A stretch of 64,000 nucleotides of DNA from a bacterium (GTDB lineage: Bacteria; Patescibacteriota; Minisyncoccia; Moranbacterales; UBA9337), in contig JAGGSH010000011.1 of NCBI GenBank assembly GCA_021159185.1, positions 12,307 through 76,306 on the forward strand. The letters are read 5' to 3'. The position numbers and the translations under genes were made by a program. The notes beneath the pieces are model-generated. The model made no database searches. It was not told the DNA's origin and worked only from the letters and a program-made list of their open reading frames with translations. Below are positions 9,882 to 19,009 of the stretch, piece by piece. Numbering within the stretch: position 1 is the first letter of the stretch; the number at the start of each line of letters is the position of its first letter.

Positions 9882-10290
9882 TAAATATATTTAAAGTATA
9901 AATCGTCAAAATAGCTATTATAATTGAAAAAATAAAATTTATTCCATTTCGCGCGAAGGCGAAATGTTTTCCAAGATACATAGCTTCCAGTGGAAGCATA
10001 GCCACTCCTACTGTCGCCCACGCCATTATAAATGCCGCGACTGCTAATAAACTTACTCCTTGCAGCAATAATTCCCCGCCGATTATATAACTGGTAAGAG
10101 GGATGCCAAATGAGACACTGCCCGCCAGCGCGCCAATAAGCGGATCAATCAGCGCGTTTCCGGTGAATATTTTCCCGTACCAATCTTGCAGAAAAACATT
10201 AAGCAGATTTATAATCAATAAAATACCCACTGTTATGGGAATAGAAATTCTAAAAACCCGCCAGGATTTTTTTATCGCTTGCTTAATCAT
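9871..10290 (-). CDS. Predicted permease (DUF318/YraQ-like), N-terminal half
   Basis: 4-5 TM with the Gly-rich GALAGSVSFGIPLTSYIIGGELL motif. Either a two-gene split permease or a frameshifted gene. Confidence 0.55.
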   Translation of the reverse strand: MIKQAIKKSWRVFRISIPITVGILLIINLLNVFLQDWYGKIFTGNALIDPLIGALAGSVSFGIPLTSYIIGGELLLQGVSLLAVAAFIMAWATVGVAMLPLEAMYLGKHFAFARNGINFIFSIIIAILTIYTLNIFNGI

Positions 10291-10360
10291 TTCGTGTTTA
10301 TTTTAGCATAAAAAAGCAACTCTAAAAAATAACAAATTAATTTTACTAAACAGTTGCTTC

Positions 10361-11710
10361 GTGCCAATTACTCATCTAAAATGTTTATATAAGCTGATCG
10401 CTATGCTTTATAAAATACTTTTATTTTTTTGCCTGTATCTTCCTTTTCAGCTGGCTCTAAATCCGGCGGAAGGAATTGATTTGGCGTCGGGAAGGGCGGT
10501 AATTTTGTTTTTGTTTTTCTTCTGGATAGTTCGGGGGCTTAAAAATAAAAAAATAATAATTGCTCCAAGAATTCAAACGCTTTTAATTATTTCCTTTTTG
10601 TTTTTAAGCGCTTTTTCTCTGATGGTTTCCCAGAATTTAGAATGGTCGCTTCGTAAATTATTCTTTTTACTTTCCATATTCCCGCTTTATTTTATAATTT
10701 CGGGAATTGAATTTAGCAGTGGGAAAATAAAGAAAATAACTCAATGTTTAGTATGGGGAGCGGGATTAGCCGGGCTTTTGGGAATCTTCCAGTTTTTAAT
10801 CCAGTTCTTTTTTGGAATAAAGAAAACTTTTGAATTCTGGGCGGCGGTTATTACTCCTTTCTTAGGCGATGCTTTCGCGCAAGCGGTTTTAGAAAATCCC
10901 AGTTGGCTGGTTAATATCGGCGGGCAGAATTTTCTTCGCGCTACGGCTTTTTTCCCCGATCCGCATATGTTTTCCTTTTATTTAAATATGGCTTTTTTTC
11001 TAGCTCTAGGATTATGTTTTACAAAATTTAAAAATAAAAAAACTTACTTATTTTTAGCCGGAATTATTTTACTGGCGGACTTGCTCACTTTTTCCCGAGG
11101 CGGCTATATCGGTTTGTTGGCGGGAATAATTTTCAGCATATTGTTATTTTGGAAAAAAGCAGGCGTAAGTTATAAAAAAATATTAGCGGGCGGAATAATT
11201 TTTTTAGGACTAATTATAATTATTCCCAATCCTATCGGGAAAAGGCTGATTTCCAGTTTTGACTTAAATGAAGGATCCAACCAAGGGCGAATAGAAACCT
11301 GGAAAAATTCCATAGAGGTGGTAAAAAATAATCCTGTTCTGGGCGTGGGTTTAGGCGGATATTCTCTGGAAATAAAGCCCAGCGCTGATTATCGGGAGCC
11401 GATTTATTCTCATAATATTTATCTGGACATCGCGGCAGAAACGGGAATTTTAAATAGTTTAATTTGGGCAGGGATAATATTGGCGGCTATTTCTTCTTTT
11501 TTAAAGAAGAGGAAAAACGCGGATGGTTTAAAATATATTTATATCGCCATGGCAGCCGGACTAACCGCTTTTTCCGTTCATTCTTTTTTTGAAACCGCCT
11601 TATTTTCCGCGCGGGTTCTGCCGTTAGTGGTTATTTTAATTGCCTTAAGCGCTTTAAATCGCAAGTTTTTTTTATGCCATTCCCGTCCGTCGCAGCGGAC
11701 GAGGATTTAG
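10361..11710 (+). CDS. O-antigen ligase / Wzy_C-family polytopic membrane protein
   Basis: More than 10 TM. TFSRGGYIGLLAGIIF and YSHNIYLDIAAETGILN (the HN..L....E.G motif) are typical of Wzy_C. The start may be the internal MLYKILLFF at about 10403. The C-terminal codons run into a repeat element. Confidence 0.6.
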   Translation: MPITHLKCLYKLIAMLYKILLFFCLYLPFQLALNPAEGIDLASGRAVILFLFFFWIVRGLKNKKIIIAPRIQTLLIISFLFLSAFSLMVSQNLEWSLRKLFFLLSIFPLYFIISGIEFSSGKIKKITQCLVWGAGLAGLLGIFQFLIQFFFGIKKTFEFWAAVITPFLGDAFAQAVLENPSWLVNIGGQNFLRATAFFPDPHMFSFYLNMAFFLALGLCFTKFKNKKTYLFLAGIILLADLLTFSRGGYIGLLAGIIFSILLFWKKAGVSYKKILAGGIIFLGLIIIIPNPIGKRLISSFDLNEGSNQGRIETWKNSIEVVKNNPVLGVGLGGYSLEIKPSADYREPIYSHNIYLDIAAETGILNSLIWAGIILAAISSFLKKRKNADGLKYIYIAMAAGLTAFSVHSFFETALFSARVLPLVVILIALSALNRKFFLCHSRPSQRTRI

Positions 11711-11714
11711 GAAA

Positions 11715-11912
11715 GTGTCATTCCTATGAAGCTTATCCTCAACTTGATCGGGGAACGGGAATCCAGAATGTCATTCCCGCGAAAGCGGGAATCCAGAACA
11801 TTAATAAAAAAAATTAGTAATTCTATTCTAGATTCCCGCCTACGCGGGAATGACATAAAAAAGTCGGGAATGACATAAAAAAGTCGGGAATGACAGAAAA
11901 AAGTCGGGAATG
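11715..11912. repeat. Cluster of family-1 MITE-like elements with tandem gtcgggaatgacataaaaaa units
   Basis: gtcattcc...gggaatccagaatgtcattcccgcgaaagcgggaatccaga...attcccgcctacgcgggaatgacat, followed by three copies of aaaaagtcgggaatgaca. Confidence 0.7.
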
Positions 11913-11953
11913 GCAAAAAGAAGAGATAAGAATGGCATTAAAGAATATCACAG

Positions 11954-13294
11954 ATGTTTATGAGCATCATTAACGCTAAAAATTTAATCTGGCTTTCAGC
12001 GCTTTCAACCCCATTGTATTTGGTGAAATTTTCTTTTTTTGGACTGCCGTTTAATATCCCGGAAGTTTTAATTATAACCGCTTTTGTATTTTGGCTCGCG
12101 GAAAATAGAAATTTTTCTTGGAAGATTTTTTATCGCCGGCATAAAAAATTTTTAGCGGGAATTTTTCTTATGCTTTTAGGTTTGGTGATTTCCGCTTTAA
12201 TCAATCCGAATCGTCTGGCGGAATGGGGAATTATAAAAAGCTGGCTTATAATTCCTTTAATTTTATCTTTTGTTATCGTGAATGAGATTAAAAATAAAAG
12301 GGATATAGAAAATATTTTTAAAGCCCTTTATTTTTCCGCGGCAGCAGTCAGTTTTATCGGATTGATTTATTTTTTTAAGGGCGATTTAACTTATGATTTC
12401 AGATTAAAAGCTTTTTTTCTGTCTCCTAATTATTTGGCTATGTTTTTGTCTCCTGCGGTTTTTATGGGAAATTATTTTATAGTTTCGCGGATTAAAAACG
12501 GCCTTCGGCATTTAATTGAGAAGCGCGTGGCAATTATTTTATTTATTTTATTTCTTTTAAGCCAAGCGGCTGTGTTAGCAGCGCTTTATCTCACTTATTC
12601 TTACGCCGCCTGGATAGCTGTAATTTTAAGTTTCATTATCGTTAATTTAATAATCAAAAATGGTGAAATATTTAAGAAAATTAAAATCGCTGCCGTTTTG
12701 TTAATTATCTTATCAATTATTTTAATAACTCAAGCGGGCAATTCTAAGTTCAATGAATTGTTTAATTGGCAAGCCGAATCGCGATCTTCTTTAGCTTCGC
12801 GAATTATGATTTGGCAATCGGCGGAAAAAATACTGGAAGATAATTTTTTATGGGGCATCGGGCCGGGAAATTTCCAGTCCGAATATTTGGAATACCAAAA
12901 ATACTTCCCGCCTTATTTGGAATGGGCGGTTCCCCAGCCGCACAATCTGTGTCTGGCTTTTTGGCTGCAGGGCGGGATATTGGGATTAGCCGGCTTTCTC
13001 TATTTGGTTTTTTATTGGATTAGAGAGATAGTAAAAATTGCTAAAAGCAAAATTTCTCCTGAGAATGATTTTAAAAAAACAGCGCCGGTGTTGCTGGGAA
13101 TTATGATTTACATTTTACTCCACGGGATAGCCGACACGCCTTATTGGAAAAACGATCTGGCGATTGTGTTCTGGACTGTTTTTTCTCTGGGAGCGGTAAG
13201 CATAAATTTTAACAAAAAAATTGGGTTTAAAACTCCCCCTTTGGAAAAGAGGGAAAGCGAGCGAAGCGAAGCAGGGGGATTTGAAAAGCGTTAA
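11954..13294 (+). CDS. O-antigen ligase / Wzy_C-family polytopic membrane protein (second paralog)
   Basis: More than 10 TM. WGIGPGNF and PHNLCLAFWLQGGILGLAGFLY are Wzy_C motifs. The last 20 or so codons (PPLEKRESERSEAGGFEKR) are encoded by a family-2 GC-rich repeat. Confidence 0.6.
   Translation: MFMSIINAKNLIWLSALSTPLYLVKFSFFGLPFNIPEVLIITAFVFWLAENRNFSWKIFYRRHKKFLAGIFLMLLGLVISALINPNRLAEWGIIKSWLIIPLILSFVIVNEIKNKRDIENIFKALYFSAAAVSFIGLIYFFKGDLTYDFRLKAFFLSPNYLAMFLSPAVFMGNYFIVSRIKNGLRHLIEKRVAIILFILFLLSQAAVLAALYLTYSYAAWIAVILSFIIVNLIIKNGEIFKKIKIAAVLLIILSIILITQAGNSKFNELFNWQAESRSSLASRIMIWQSAEKILEDNFLWGIGPGNFQSEYLEYQKYFPPYLEWAVPQPHNLCLAFWLQGGILGLAGFLYLVFYWIREIVKIAKSKISPENDFKKTAPVLLGIMIYILLHGIADTPYWKNDLAIVFWTVFSLGAVSINFNKKIGFKTPPLEKRESERSEAGGFEKR
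13232..13287. repeat. Family-2 GC-rich hairpin repeat (actccccctttggaaaagagggaaagcgagcgaagcgaagcagggggatttgaaaa)
   Basis: An identical 56-bp copy lies at 14171-14226 inside ksgA. Related copies are at 22741-22800, 22965-23012, 45241-45290 and 56700-56820. Confidence 0.7.
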
Positions 13295-13442
13295 ATAATT
13301 GAGTGTGCAGATTTTCAGCTCCAGCATAAATTAAGAAACCCCCTCTGTCCTTCGGACATCTCCCCCTTAGTAAAGGAGGAGAGGAAAGTAAATTATGAAT
13401 TATTAGCGGGCAAATTCGTGTTGATTGGCGATTTAAATCCTT

Positions 13443-14468
13443 ATGCCGGAAAAACTGGGACAAAATTTTTTAAAAGACAAAACAATCGCTGAGAGGATTG
13501 TTAAAGCGGCCGATTTAAAGCCGTCCGATTTTGTGATTGAAATCGGTCCGGGAAAAGGAATTCTTACAAAAAAACTGGCTGAACGCGCTGAAAAAGTAAT
13601 CGCCGTTGAAATTGACAGGAAGCTGGTTGATTATTTGCAGAGGAAATTCATAAATAAAAAAAATATTGAAATCATAAATAACAATATTTTAAAAATAAAT
13701 CTACTGGAATTACAAAACCTTTTTTCTGTCATTCCCGCGCAGGCGGGAATCCAGAATGTTAACACAAAGCCTAATAATTCTATCCTAGGTTCCCGCTCCC
13801 CGATCGGAGCCGAGGACAAGCTTCGCGGGAATGACATGGAACGCAAGAGTGACATAGAAGATAAATACTTACGCTATAAAGTTGTCGCCAATCTTCCCTA
13901 CTACATTACTTCTCCCGTTATCAGGATGTTTTTAGAATCTGAATATTCTCCGCGGGAAATGATTTTAATGGTCCAAAAAGAAGTGGCGGAAAGAATTACC
14001 GCCGCTCCGGGTAAAATGAGCCTTTTGTCCGTTTCCGTTCAGTATTACGCCCGTCCGGAAATTTTATTTTATGTTGATAAAAAATCTTTTAATCCGGTTC
14101 CTAAAGTGGACAGCGCCGTAATAAAAGCAGTAAGTAGAAAGTATCAAGTATTAAACGGGGGAGATAAAAAACTCCCCCTTTGGAAAAGAGGGAAAGCGAG
14201 CGAAGCGAAGCAGGGGGATTTGAAAATAAGCAAGAAAGGCAAGCTATCTGAAAATAGCAAAGCCAAGGAAAAGAGCAAAAAATTTTTCAAAATAGTTCGG
14301 GCGGGGTTTTGCGCCAGAAGAAAAACCTTAGTTAATAATTTGTCTAATAGTTTGCAATTGGACAAAAAAGAAGTTCAAGAAAAATTAAAAGCGGTTGGTC
14401 TTCCACTAACCGCGAGAGCGCAGGAGTTGAGTATTGAGGACTGGAAGAAATTAACAAAATTGTTTTAA
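13443..14468 (+). CDS. rsmA: 16S rRNA (adenine1518/1519-N6)-dimethyltransferase RsmA/KsgA with two in-frame repeat-derived insertions
   Basis: LGQNFLKD...VIEIGPGKGILTKKLAERAEKVIAVEID (SAM-binding) and VVANLPYYITSPVI are KsgA motifs. At 341 aa it is longer than the usual 260-290 aa, the excess coming from the two repeat elements. Confidence 0.85.
   Translation: MPEKLGQNFLKDKTIAERIVKAADLKPSDFVIEIGPGKGILTKKLAERAEKVIAVEIDRKLVDYLQRKFINKKNIEIINNNILKINLLELQNLFSVIPAQAGIQNVNTKPNNSILGSRSPIGAEDKLRGNDMERKSDIEDKYLRYKVVANLPYYITSPVIRMFLESEYSPREMILMVQKEVAERITAAPGKMSLLSVSVQYYARPEILFYVDKKSFNPVPKVDSAVIKAVSRKYQVLNGGDKKLPLWKRGKASEAKQGDLKISKKGKLSENSKAKEKSKKFFKIVRAGFCARRKTLVNNLSNSLQLDKKEVQEKLKAVGLPLTARAQELSIEDWKKLTKLF
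13728..13836. repeat. Family-1 MITE-like element inserted in-frame within ksgA
   Basis: gtcattcccgcgcaggcgggaatccagaatg...ggttcccgctccccgatcggagccgaggacaagcttcgcgggaatgacat, translated as SVIPAQAGIQNV...RSPIGAEDKLRGNDME inside the KsgA ORF. Confidence 0.7.
14172..14226. repeat. Family-2 GC-rich hairpin repeat inserted in-frame in the ksgA 3' region
   Basis: Identical to 13232-13287 and encodes PLWKRGKASEAKQGDLKI. Confidence 0.7.
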
Positions 14469-14622
14469 AATTATTTTTTGGGTTGAGTTTTTTACGAAAT
14501 GAGGAAAGTTTAAATCCTTAAAAGTGTTGCCTTGAGATTTTGCGATTCTATTGTCATAAAAATAAAATAAAAATTATTGATTGATTCACTTTTTAGTTTG
14601 TTATACTGAAACCTAAAACTTT

Positions 14623-14668
14623 AAAAGGCACTTCTTCATACGACCGTTTTAAGAAGTGCCTTTTAAAA
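14623..14668. terminator. Rho-independent bidirectional terminator after ksgA
   Basis: aaaaggcacttctt...aagaagtgcctttt, a perfect 14-bp stem with flanking A and T runs. Confidence 0.6.
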
Positions 14669-14787
14669 ATTCCAAAAAGCCAAAGAAACTTTAATAAGAC
14701 TTTAAAAGCTTCTGTAAATTTCTTGCTATAGCAAGAAATTTACCAATCTATTTTAATTTTTAAGTTTCGCAATTAAATGAATAAAAA

Positions 14788-14815
14788 ACGCCAGACCTTA
14801 AATCTGGCGTATGCG
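14788..14815 (-). terminator. Rho-independent terminator for the minus-strand 72-aa gene
   Basis: cgccagaccttaaatctggcg hairpin, followed on the minus strand by TTTTTT. Confidence 0.5.
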
Positions 14816-14833
14816 CTGATATGGAAACTTGTC

Positions 14834-15052
14834 TTACGCTTTTATATGCCTGAGTATGCAAGATCCGAATACCGTTTTTCCTCTCAAAGTTTTCACATTA
14901 AATGAAACTTTTTCTCCATTAGCTTCAACAAGGATATCTGAAGAACCAAATGGATAAGCTGAGCAAACGATCCCTTGGACTTCTCTGCCACTTCCCATGT
15001 CCATAATCAGCACCATTTGTCCTGGGGAAAATCCTTTTTCTTTTCTTGCCAT
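14834..15052 (-). CDS. Hypothetical small protein (72 aa)
   Basis: ORF with an AGGAGG-like RBS (aaaaaactaaaggaggattt) upstream and a terminator downstream. No recognised family. Confidence 0.4.
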   Translation of the reverse strand: MARKEKGFSPGQMVLIMDMGSGREVQGIVCSAYPFGSSDILVEANGEKVSFNVKTLRGKTVFGSCILRHIKA

Positions 15053-15096
15053 GATAATAAATCCTCCTTTAGTTTTTTTATTTTAAAGAACCAATA

Positions 15097-16731
15097 CTAC
15101 ACTTTACCTTCTAAAATAATTTTTGTCAAAATAAGCAAGTAAATAATTATCCACGATAAAATCCACCAAATGACATTGCGGGAGTTAATTCTGGCGGAAG
15201 AATCGGATCTCATATTAACAACTGTCCAGAATGACGCCCCGCCGAGCAGGATCGCCCACCAGAAAAGGCGGAATTCGTTTAGCAAAATGACGCTGGAAAT
15301 AAAAGAAATAAAAATTCCGCTTCCCACGATAACTTTTCCCCAATATTCCCCGAAAATTACCGGAATGGTCCAAACACCTTCTTGCCTATCCCCTCTTACA
15401 TCTTTAAAATCTTTAGCCGGAAGCGACAGAGTAAGTCCGACAACTAACAGCGCCGCGATAGAAAAAGGCAACCGAGAAATATTTTGGTCCGAGGAAACTA
15501 AAATAAAACCGGAAATTAAAATCAGGAGTGTGGCTACGGCGCTCACGAAAGACGCCAGATAAGCAAATCTTTTGAACCGCAAAGGCCAAGCGGAATAAAT
15601 CCAAGCCAACGCTTGGTAAGCTATCAGCAATAAAGCAACTTTAAAATTTACAATAGCGGAAAATAAAACAGAAAAGGCGAATAGAATTATTCCGATCGTT
15701 TTGTATTCGCTAGCCGTAAAAATGTTTTTAATCAGCGGGCGTTTCTTGTTCGTTTCTTTGTCAATTTTCCGGTCGGCGATATCGTTCACTGTCACTGAAG
15801 CCATCCAAGCCAGACATACCGCTAGCAAGACAACTAAAAAAGCGACTATATTAAAAAAATTCACTTCCCAAATCGGATGGGTGAAAATTATTCCCAGTCC
15901 GGCTCCCGCGCACAACATCCCTCCGTGGTAAACAAGCTGGGGAAGCCGCGAGTTTTTCAAAAAAGCCAGAAACTTTTCTTTGTAATTTGAAAACAATCCC
16001 GCCGAAATAATGGCTGTAAAAACCAAAGAATAAATCAGACTCATTTTAATGCTAAGCGCGTTCAAAAAACTTCCTTTTTTCTGCGAAAATAATTTAACCG
16101 GAGTCAAGAACATTTTCGCTATGTCCATTTCATTCACTGTCAAAAAACCCTTGGAAAATCCATCTATCACGATGGTTATCCATGAAGGAAAAGTGCTTAG
16201 CATAAAAAGAGTAAAATACACAAAAAGAGATAAAAACAAAGAGCGAACAATGCTTCTATTTTTAATATAAGCGTATATCAAAACAAAAAGCATGGTTATT
16301 GCTACCTCAACTCTAACCCCGTAAGTTATTCCAAATTCCGGACTATCTCCAAAAAAAGTAAAAAATCTTTGTGTCAATTCTCTTAGCCCGTACAGTCCGT
16401 AAAAACTCAAAAAACCTCTTCCGTGAGAAATAAAATAATCAATCAAGGGAGGAAATAAAATTATTAGATAGCCCCAAAGCAAAACATTGGCGGTTTTCTT
16501 AAGGCTTATTTTTAGGAACCTTTTAATTATTTCTATAAATAAAAGATAGGTAGTGAAGAAAAATAACAAATTATAAGTCAGATGATAAAAAAAACTCATG
16601 CCGTTTTTCCCTGAAAAAGCCCCCAGCCAATTTTCAATTAGCACTCTCGCAATAATTAAGCATAAAAGGGAAAGCACGCATGAATAAAAATTTATAGGAG
16701 TATTTTCTATTTTTTGGATTAGTTTAAGCAT
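15097..16731 (-). CDS. UbiA-family prenyltransferase domain (C-terminal) fused to an N-terminal ~270-aa polytopic membrane domain
   Basis: C-terminal half has NDIADRKIDKETNKKRPL (NDxxDxxxD...RPL) and KDFKDVRGDRQEGVWTIP (DxxDxxGDxxxG), the two Asp-rich UbiA motifs. The N-terminal half has 7-8 additional TM helices. Confidence 0.6.
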   Translation of the reverse strand: MLKLIQKIENTPINFYSCVLSLLCLIIARVLIENWLGAFSGKNGMSFFYHLTYNLLFFFTTYLLFIEIIKRFLKISLKKTANVLLWGYLIILFPPLIDYFISHGRGFLSFYGLYGLRELTQRFFTFFGDSPEFGITYGVRVEVAITMLFVLIYAYIKNRSIVRSLFLSLFVYFTLFMLSTFPSWITIVIDGFSKGFLTVNEMDIAKMFLTPVKLFSQKKGSFLNALSIKMSLIYSLVFTAIISAGLFSNYKEKFLAFLKNSRLPQLVYHGGMLCAGAGLGIIFTHPIWEVNFFNIVAFLVVLLAVCLAWMASVTVNDIADRKIDKETNKKRPLIKNIFTASEYKTIGIILFAFSVLFSAIVNFKVALLLIAYQALAWIYSAWPLRFKRFAYLASFVSAVATLLILISGFILVSSDQNISRLPFSIAALLVVGLTLSLPAKDFKDVRGDRQEGVWTIPVIFGEYWGKVIVGSGIFISFISSVILLNEFRLFWWAILLGGASFWTVVNMRSDSSARINSRNVIWWILSWIIIYLLILTKIILEGKV

Positions 16732-16740
16732 AAGCCGGTA

Positions 16741-16830
16741 ATTGGCAACTAGTAACTGGTAATCAGGGCGGGAAATGTCAAGATTAAAATTCCCCCAGTT
16801 ACAAGTTACTGATTACTAGTTACTAATAAT
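16741..16830. repeat. Long imperfect hairpin (aactagtaactggtaatcag ... ctgattactagttact) in a divergent intergenic region
   Basis: Arms of about 17 bp with a ~45-nt loop. A related motif, ctgattactaattgctagttactgattcc, lies at 36441-36475. Confidence 0.4.
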
Positions 16831-16902
16831 AATCTATCATTAAAACAATTGGCTAGGCAAGCGAACTTGTGGTATAATTTTGTTTAAGGTAACATAGAAA
16901 CA

Positions 16903-17925
16903 ATGAAAGCTAAAAACATAAAAATATCATTGGCAATTTTTTCAGCGCTGGTTATCGCCAGCTTCGCGCTTTTCACCGCGGCGCAAGAAAACTCTTCCAG
17001 CAATAAAAGCATTTTTTTGGACTCCGATCAAGATGGATTAAGCGATAAAGAGGAAAAAATGCGTGGAACTGATCCCGAAAACAAAGACACTGACGGGGAC
17101 GGCTATTCCGACGGAACCGAAGTAAGCAGTGGCTATGACCCGCTCAAGCCGGCGCCGGGAGATAAAATAATCAGCCAAGAACAGTCGGATTCAGAACTGG
17201 AAGCGCTGGGAGCGGTTAAGGGCGTTACGGATGAAAATGGAGAAACTGAAGAGAATCAAGCGGAAAACAAGAATCTAACAGAAGAAGTCTCTTACAAAGT
17301 AGCTGAATTAGTTTCCGGTACCGATGCGGAAAATCAAAAGATAACTCTGGAAAACATTGAAAGTTTAATACAAGAATCAATGGAAGGCGAAATAACTTTT
17401 GAGGATTTGCCCGAAATTAACGAAGACGAAATAAAAATCAAGGAACAGGACTATTCATCATTAAGTAAAGAAAAAAGGGAAGATAAGGAAAAAGAAGATG
17501 CGGTTGAATATTTAACCAGTGTTTCATACCTTATTTTAAATAGTTTGCCTCATCAAGTTAATTCTATAGACGACTTGGAAAAATTTTCAGAAGAAATATT
17601 AGAACAAGTTTCGCTTTTTTCGTCTTCTCTTTCCGACATTTCTTATTTCAAGGATTTGGCTGACAGAGGAGAGGATGCTTTGGAACAATTGAAAGATATA
17701 GAAGTTCCTGAAAATCTTTTGGAGCTGCATACAAGAGGATTGCAAATAACAAAGTATGCTATATCTTTATGTGATGAAAGTGATTTTGACTCTCAAGATC
17801 CTATCGCCACCATAACCAACCTTTCTAAAGTTAACGGCTTGGTGATCTTGGGAACGGATTTCTTGGAAGAAATAGACACTGAATTAAAAGAAATGGGAAT
17901 TTCTGAAATTCCTATTGATTTATAA
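16903..17925 (+). CDS. Secreted acidic protein with thrombospondin-type-3-like Ca-binding Asp repeats
   Basis: N-terminal signal peptide, then DSDQDGLSDKEEKMRGTDPENKDTDGDGYSDGTEVSSGYDP, followed by a very acidic (Glu-rich) region. Confidence 0.5.
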   Translation: MKAKNIKISLAIFSALVIASFALFTAAQENSSSNKSIFLDSDQDGLSDKEEKMRGTDPENKDTDGDGYSDGTEVSSGYDPLKPAPGDKIISQEQSDSELEALGAVKGVTDENGETEENQAENKNLTEEVSYKVAELVSGTDAENQKITLENIESLIQESMEGEITFEDLPEINEDEIKIKEQDYSSLSKEKREDKEKEDAVEYLTSVSYLILNSLPHQVNSIDDLEKFSEEILEQVSLFSSSLSDISYFKDLADRGEDALEQLKDIEVPENLLELHTRGLQITKYAISLCDESDFDSQDPIATITNLSKVNGLVILGTDFLEEIDTELKEMGISEIPIDL

Positions 17926-17930
17926 ACAAA

Positions 17931-18932
17931 ATGAAAACTAAATTCAAGATTACTATATTTAGCTTGATGCTGGGCATATCTGTTTTTTCTTTTGCCGGCA
18001 ATGCCTCTGCCTATGTGACATGGCCGGACATAACGGCGATGTCATACAAAGAAGTTTTGGAAAAAATAACCGGTATGATCCATGGAATAATTATGGGCGC
18101 TCTAAAGCAGGCGGCGGTGCAAACCATTAACGACAGTGTTAATAATTTAATTTCGGGGACTACGATGGCTGGGTCTATGTTTATCAGCGATTGGGACAAT
18201 TATCTTCGTATGGGACCTCAAAGAGAGAACGCTCTTTATATGAATGATTTTTTTACTATGACTACCCGTGGCCGGGCGTCGGGATTGAATTACCGATCTA
18301 ATTGCGGACGAGATTTCGCGCGAAGCGACTATTCCAGCTATCTTACTGACCGCGCTCAAAAATATACTATCGCGATAGAAATGCCTACGGTGGATCTTCA
18401 GGAATATGTTTGCGATGCCGCCAATATGTTTGAAGATGAAACATGGGGAGCTTTTGACGCTTTTACAGGTAAGGCAATTAATAATCCCCTCGGATACACC
18501 TTAACCGCTCAGGGAGTTCAGCAAGCGGATGAAGCTAGAAGAAAAAAAGAAGCAGAAATTAGAGCTATCGCTTATCAAGGATTTAAGCCGCAAACCAAAG
18601 GAGATATGGTGGTAACTCCGGGATCAACCATAAAAGATGTGGTATCTAATGTGAAAGATCTTCCCAATAAAGCGTTAGCTGCCGCTAAAGATATGCCTGA
18701 AGTAATTACAAGCATCGTGACAAGCATCCTCACCAAAACAATTCAGCAAGGCATAGGAAACGCGCGCGGAAATATCCAAAGGGAAATAGACGGTAAAATC
18801 TGTAATTTTTCCAAAGGAATTAATGGCAAGCTGAATGGATTCAGTCCCGAAGGAAGATTTGATATGCCGTCATTTTCAAGGGGCAGTTCCAGTTCTAGCC
18901 AATACAGAGGAATGAATTGCAATATAAGATAA
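17931..18932 (+). CDS. Secreted hypothetical protein (signal peptide, 333 aa)
   Basis: Signal peptide MKTKFKITIFSLMLGISVFSFAGNASA. Starts 6 nt after the previous gene, which suggests an operon. No recognised family. Confidence 0.5.
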   Translation: MKTKFKITIFSLMLGISVFSFAGNASAYVTWPDITAMSYKEVLEKITGMIHGIIMGALKQAAVQTINDSVNNLISGTTMAGSMFISDWDNYLRMGPQRENALYMNDFFTMTTRGRASGLNYRSNCGRDFARSDYSSYLTDRAQKYTIAIEMPTVDLQEYVCDAANMFEDETWGAFDAFTGKAINNPLGYTLTAQGVQQADEARRKKEAEIRAIAYQGFKPQTKGDMVVTPGSTIKDVVSNVKDLPNKALAAAKDMPEVITSIVTSILTKTIQQGIGNARGNIQREIDGKICNFSKGINGKLNGFSPEGRFDMPSFSRGSSSSSQYRGMNCNIR

Positions 18933-18971
18933 CGCCAGATTTTTAATTTCCGTTTCAATATAAAAAATAAA

Positions 18972-19004
18972 AAAACCGCCTTGATTTGATGGCGGTTTTT
19001 TTAT
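18972..19004 (+). terminator. Rho-independent terminator (aaaaccgcc...ggcggttttttt)
   Basis: Perfect 8-bp stem plus a T-run directly after the 17931-18932 gene. Confidence 0.65.
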
Positions 19005-19009
19005 TTTCT

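Noticed and set aside
11707-11916. 69-aa minus-strand ORF, and similarly the 46480-46698 72-aa ORF
   Set aside because: Both lie entirely within MITE-like repeat clusters and translate the repeat (…RRRESRIEL…, …SPIGTEDKFRGNDI…). They look like non-coding repeat DNA.
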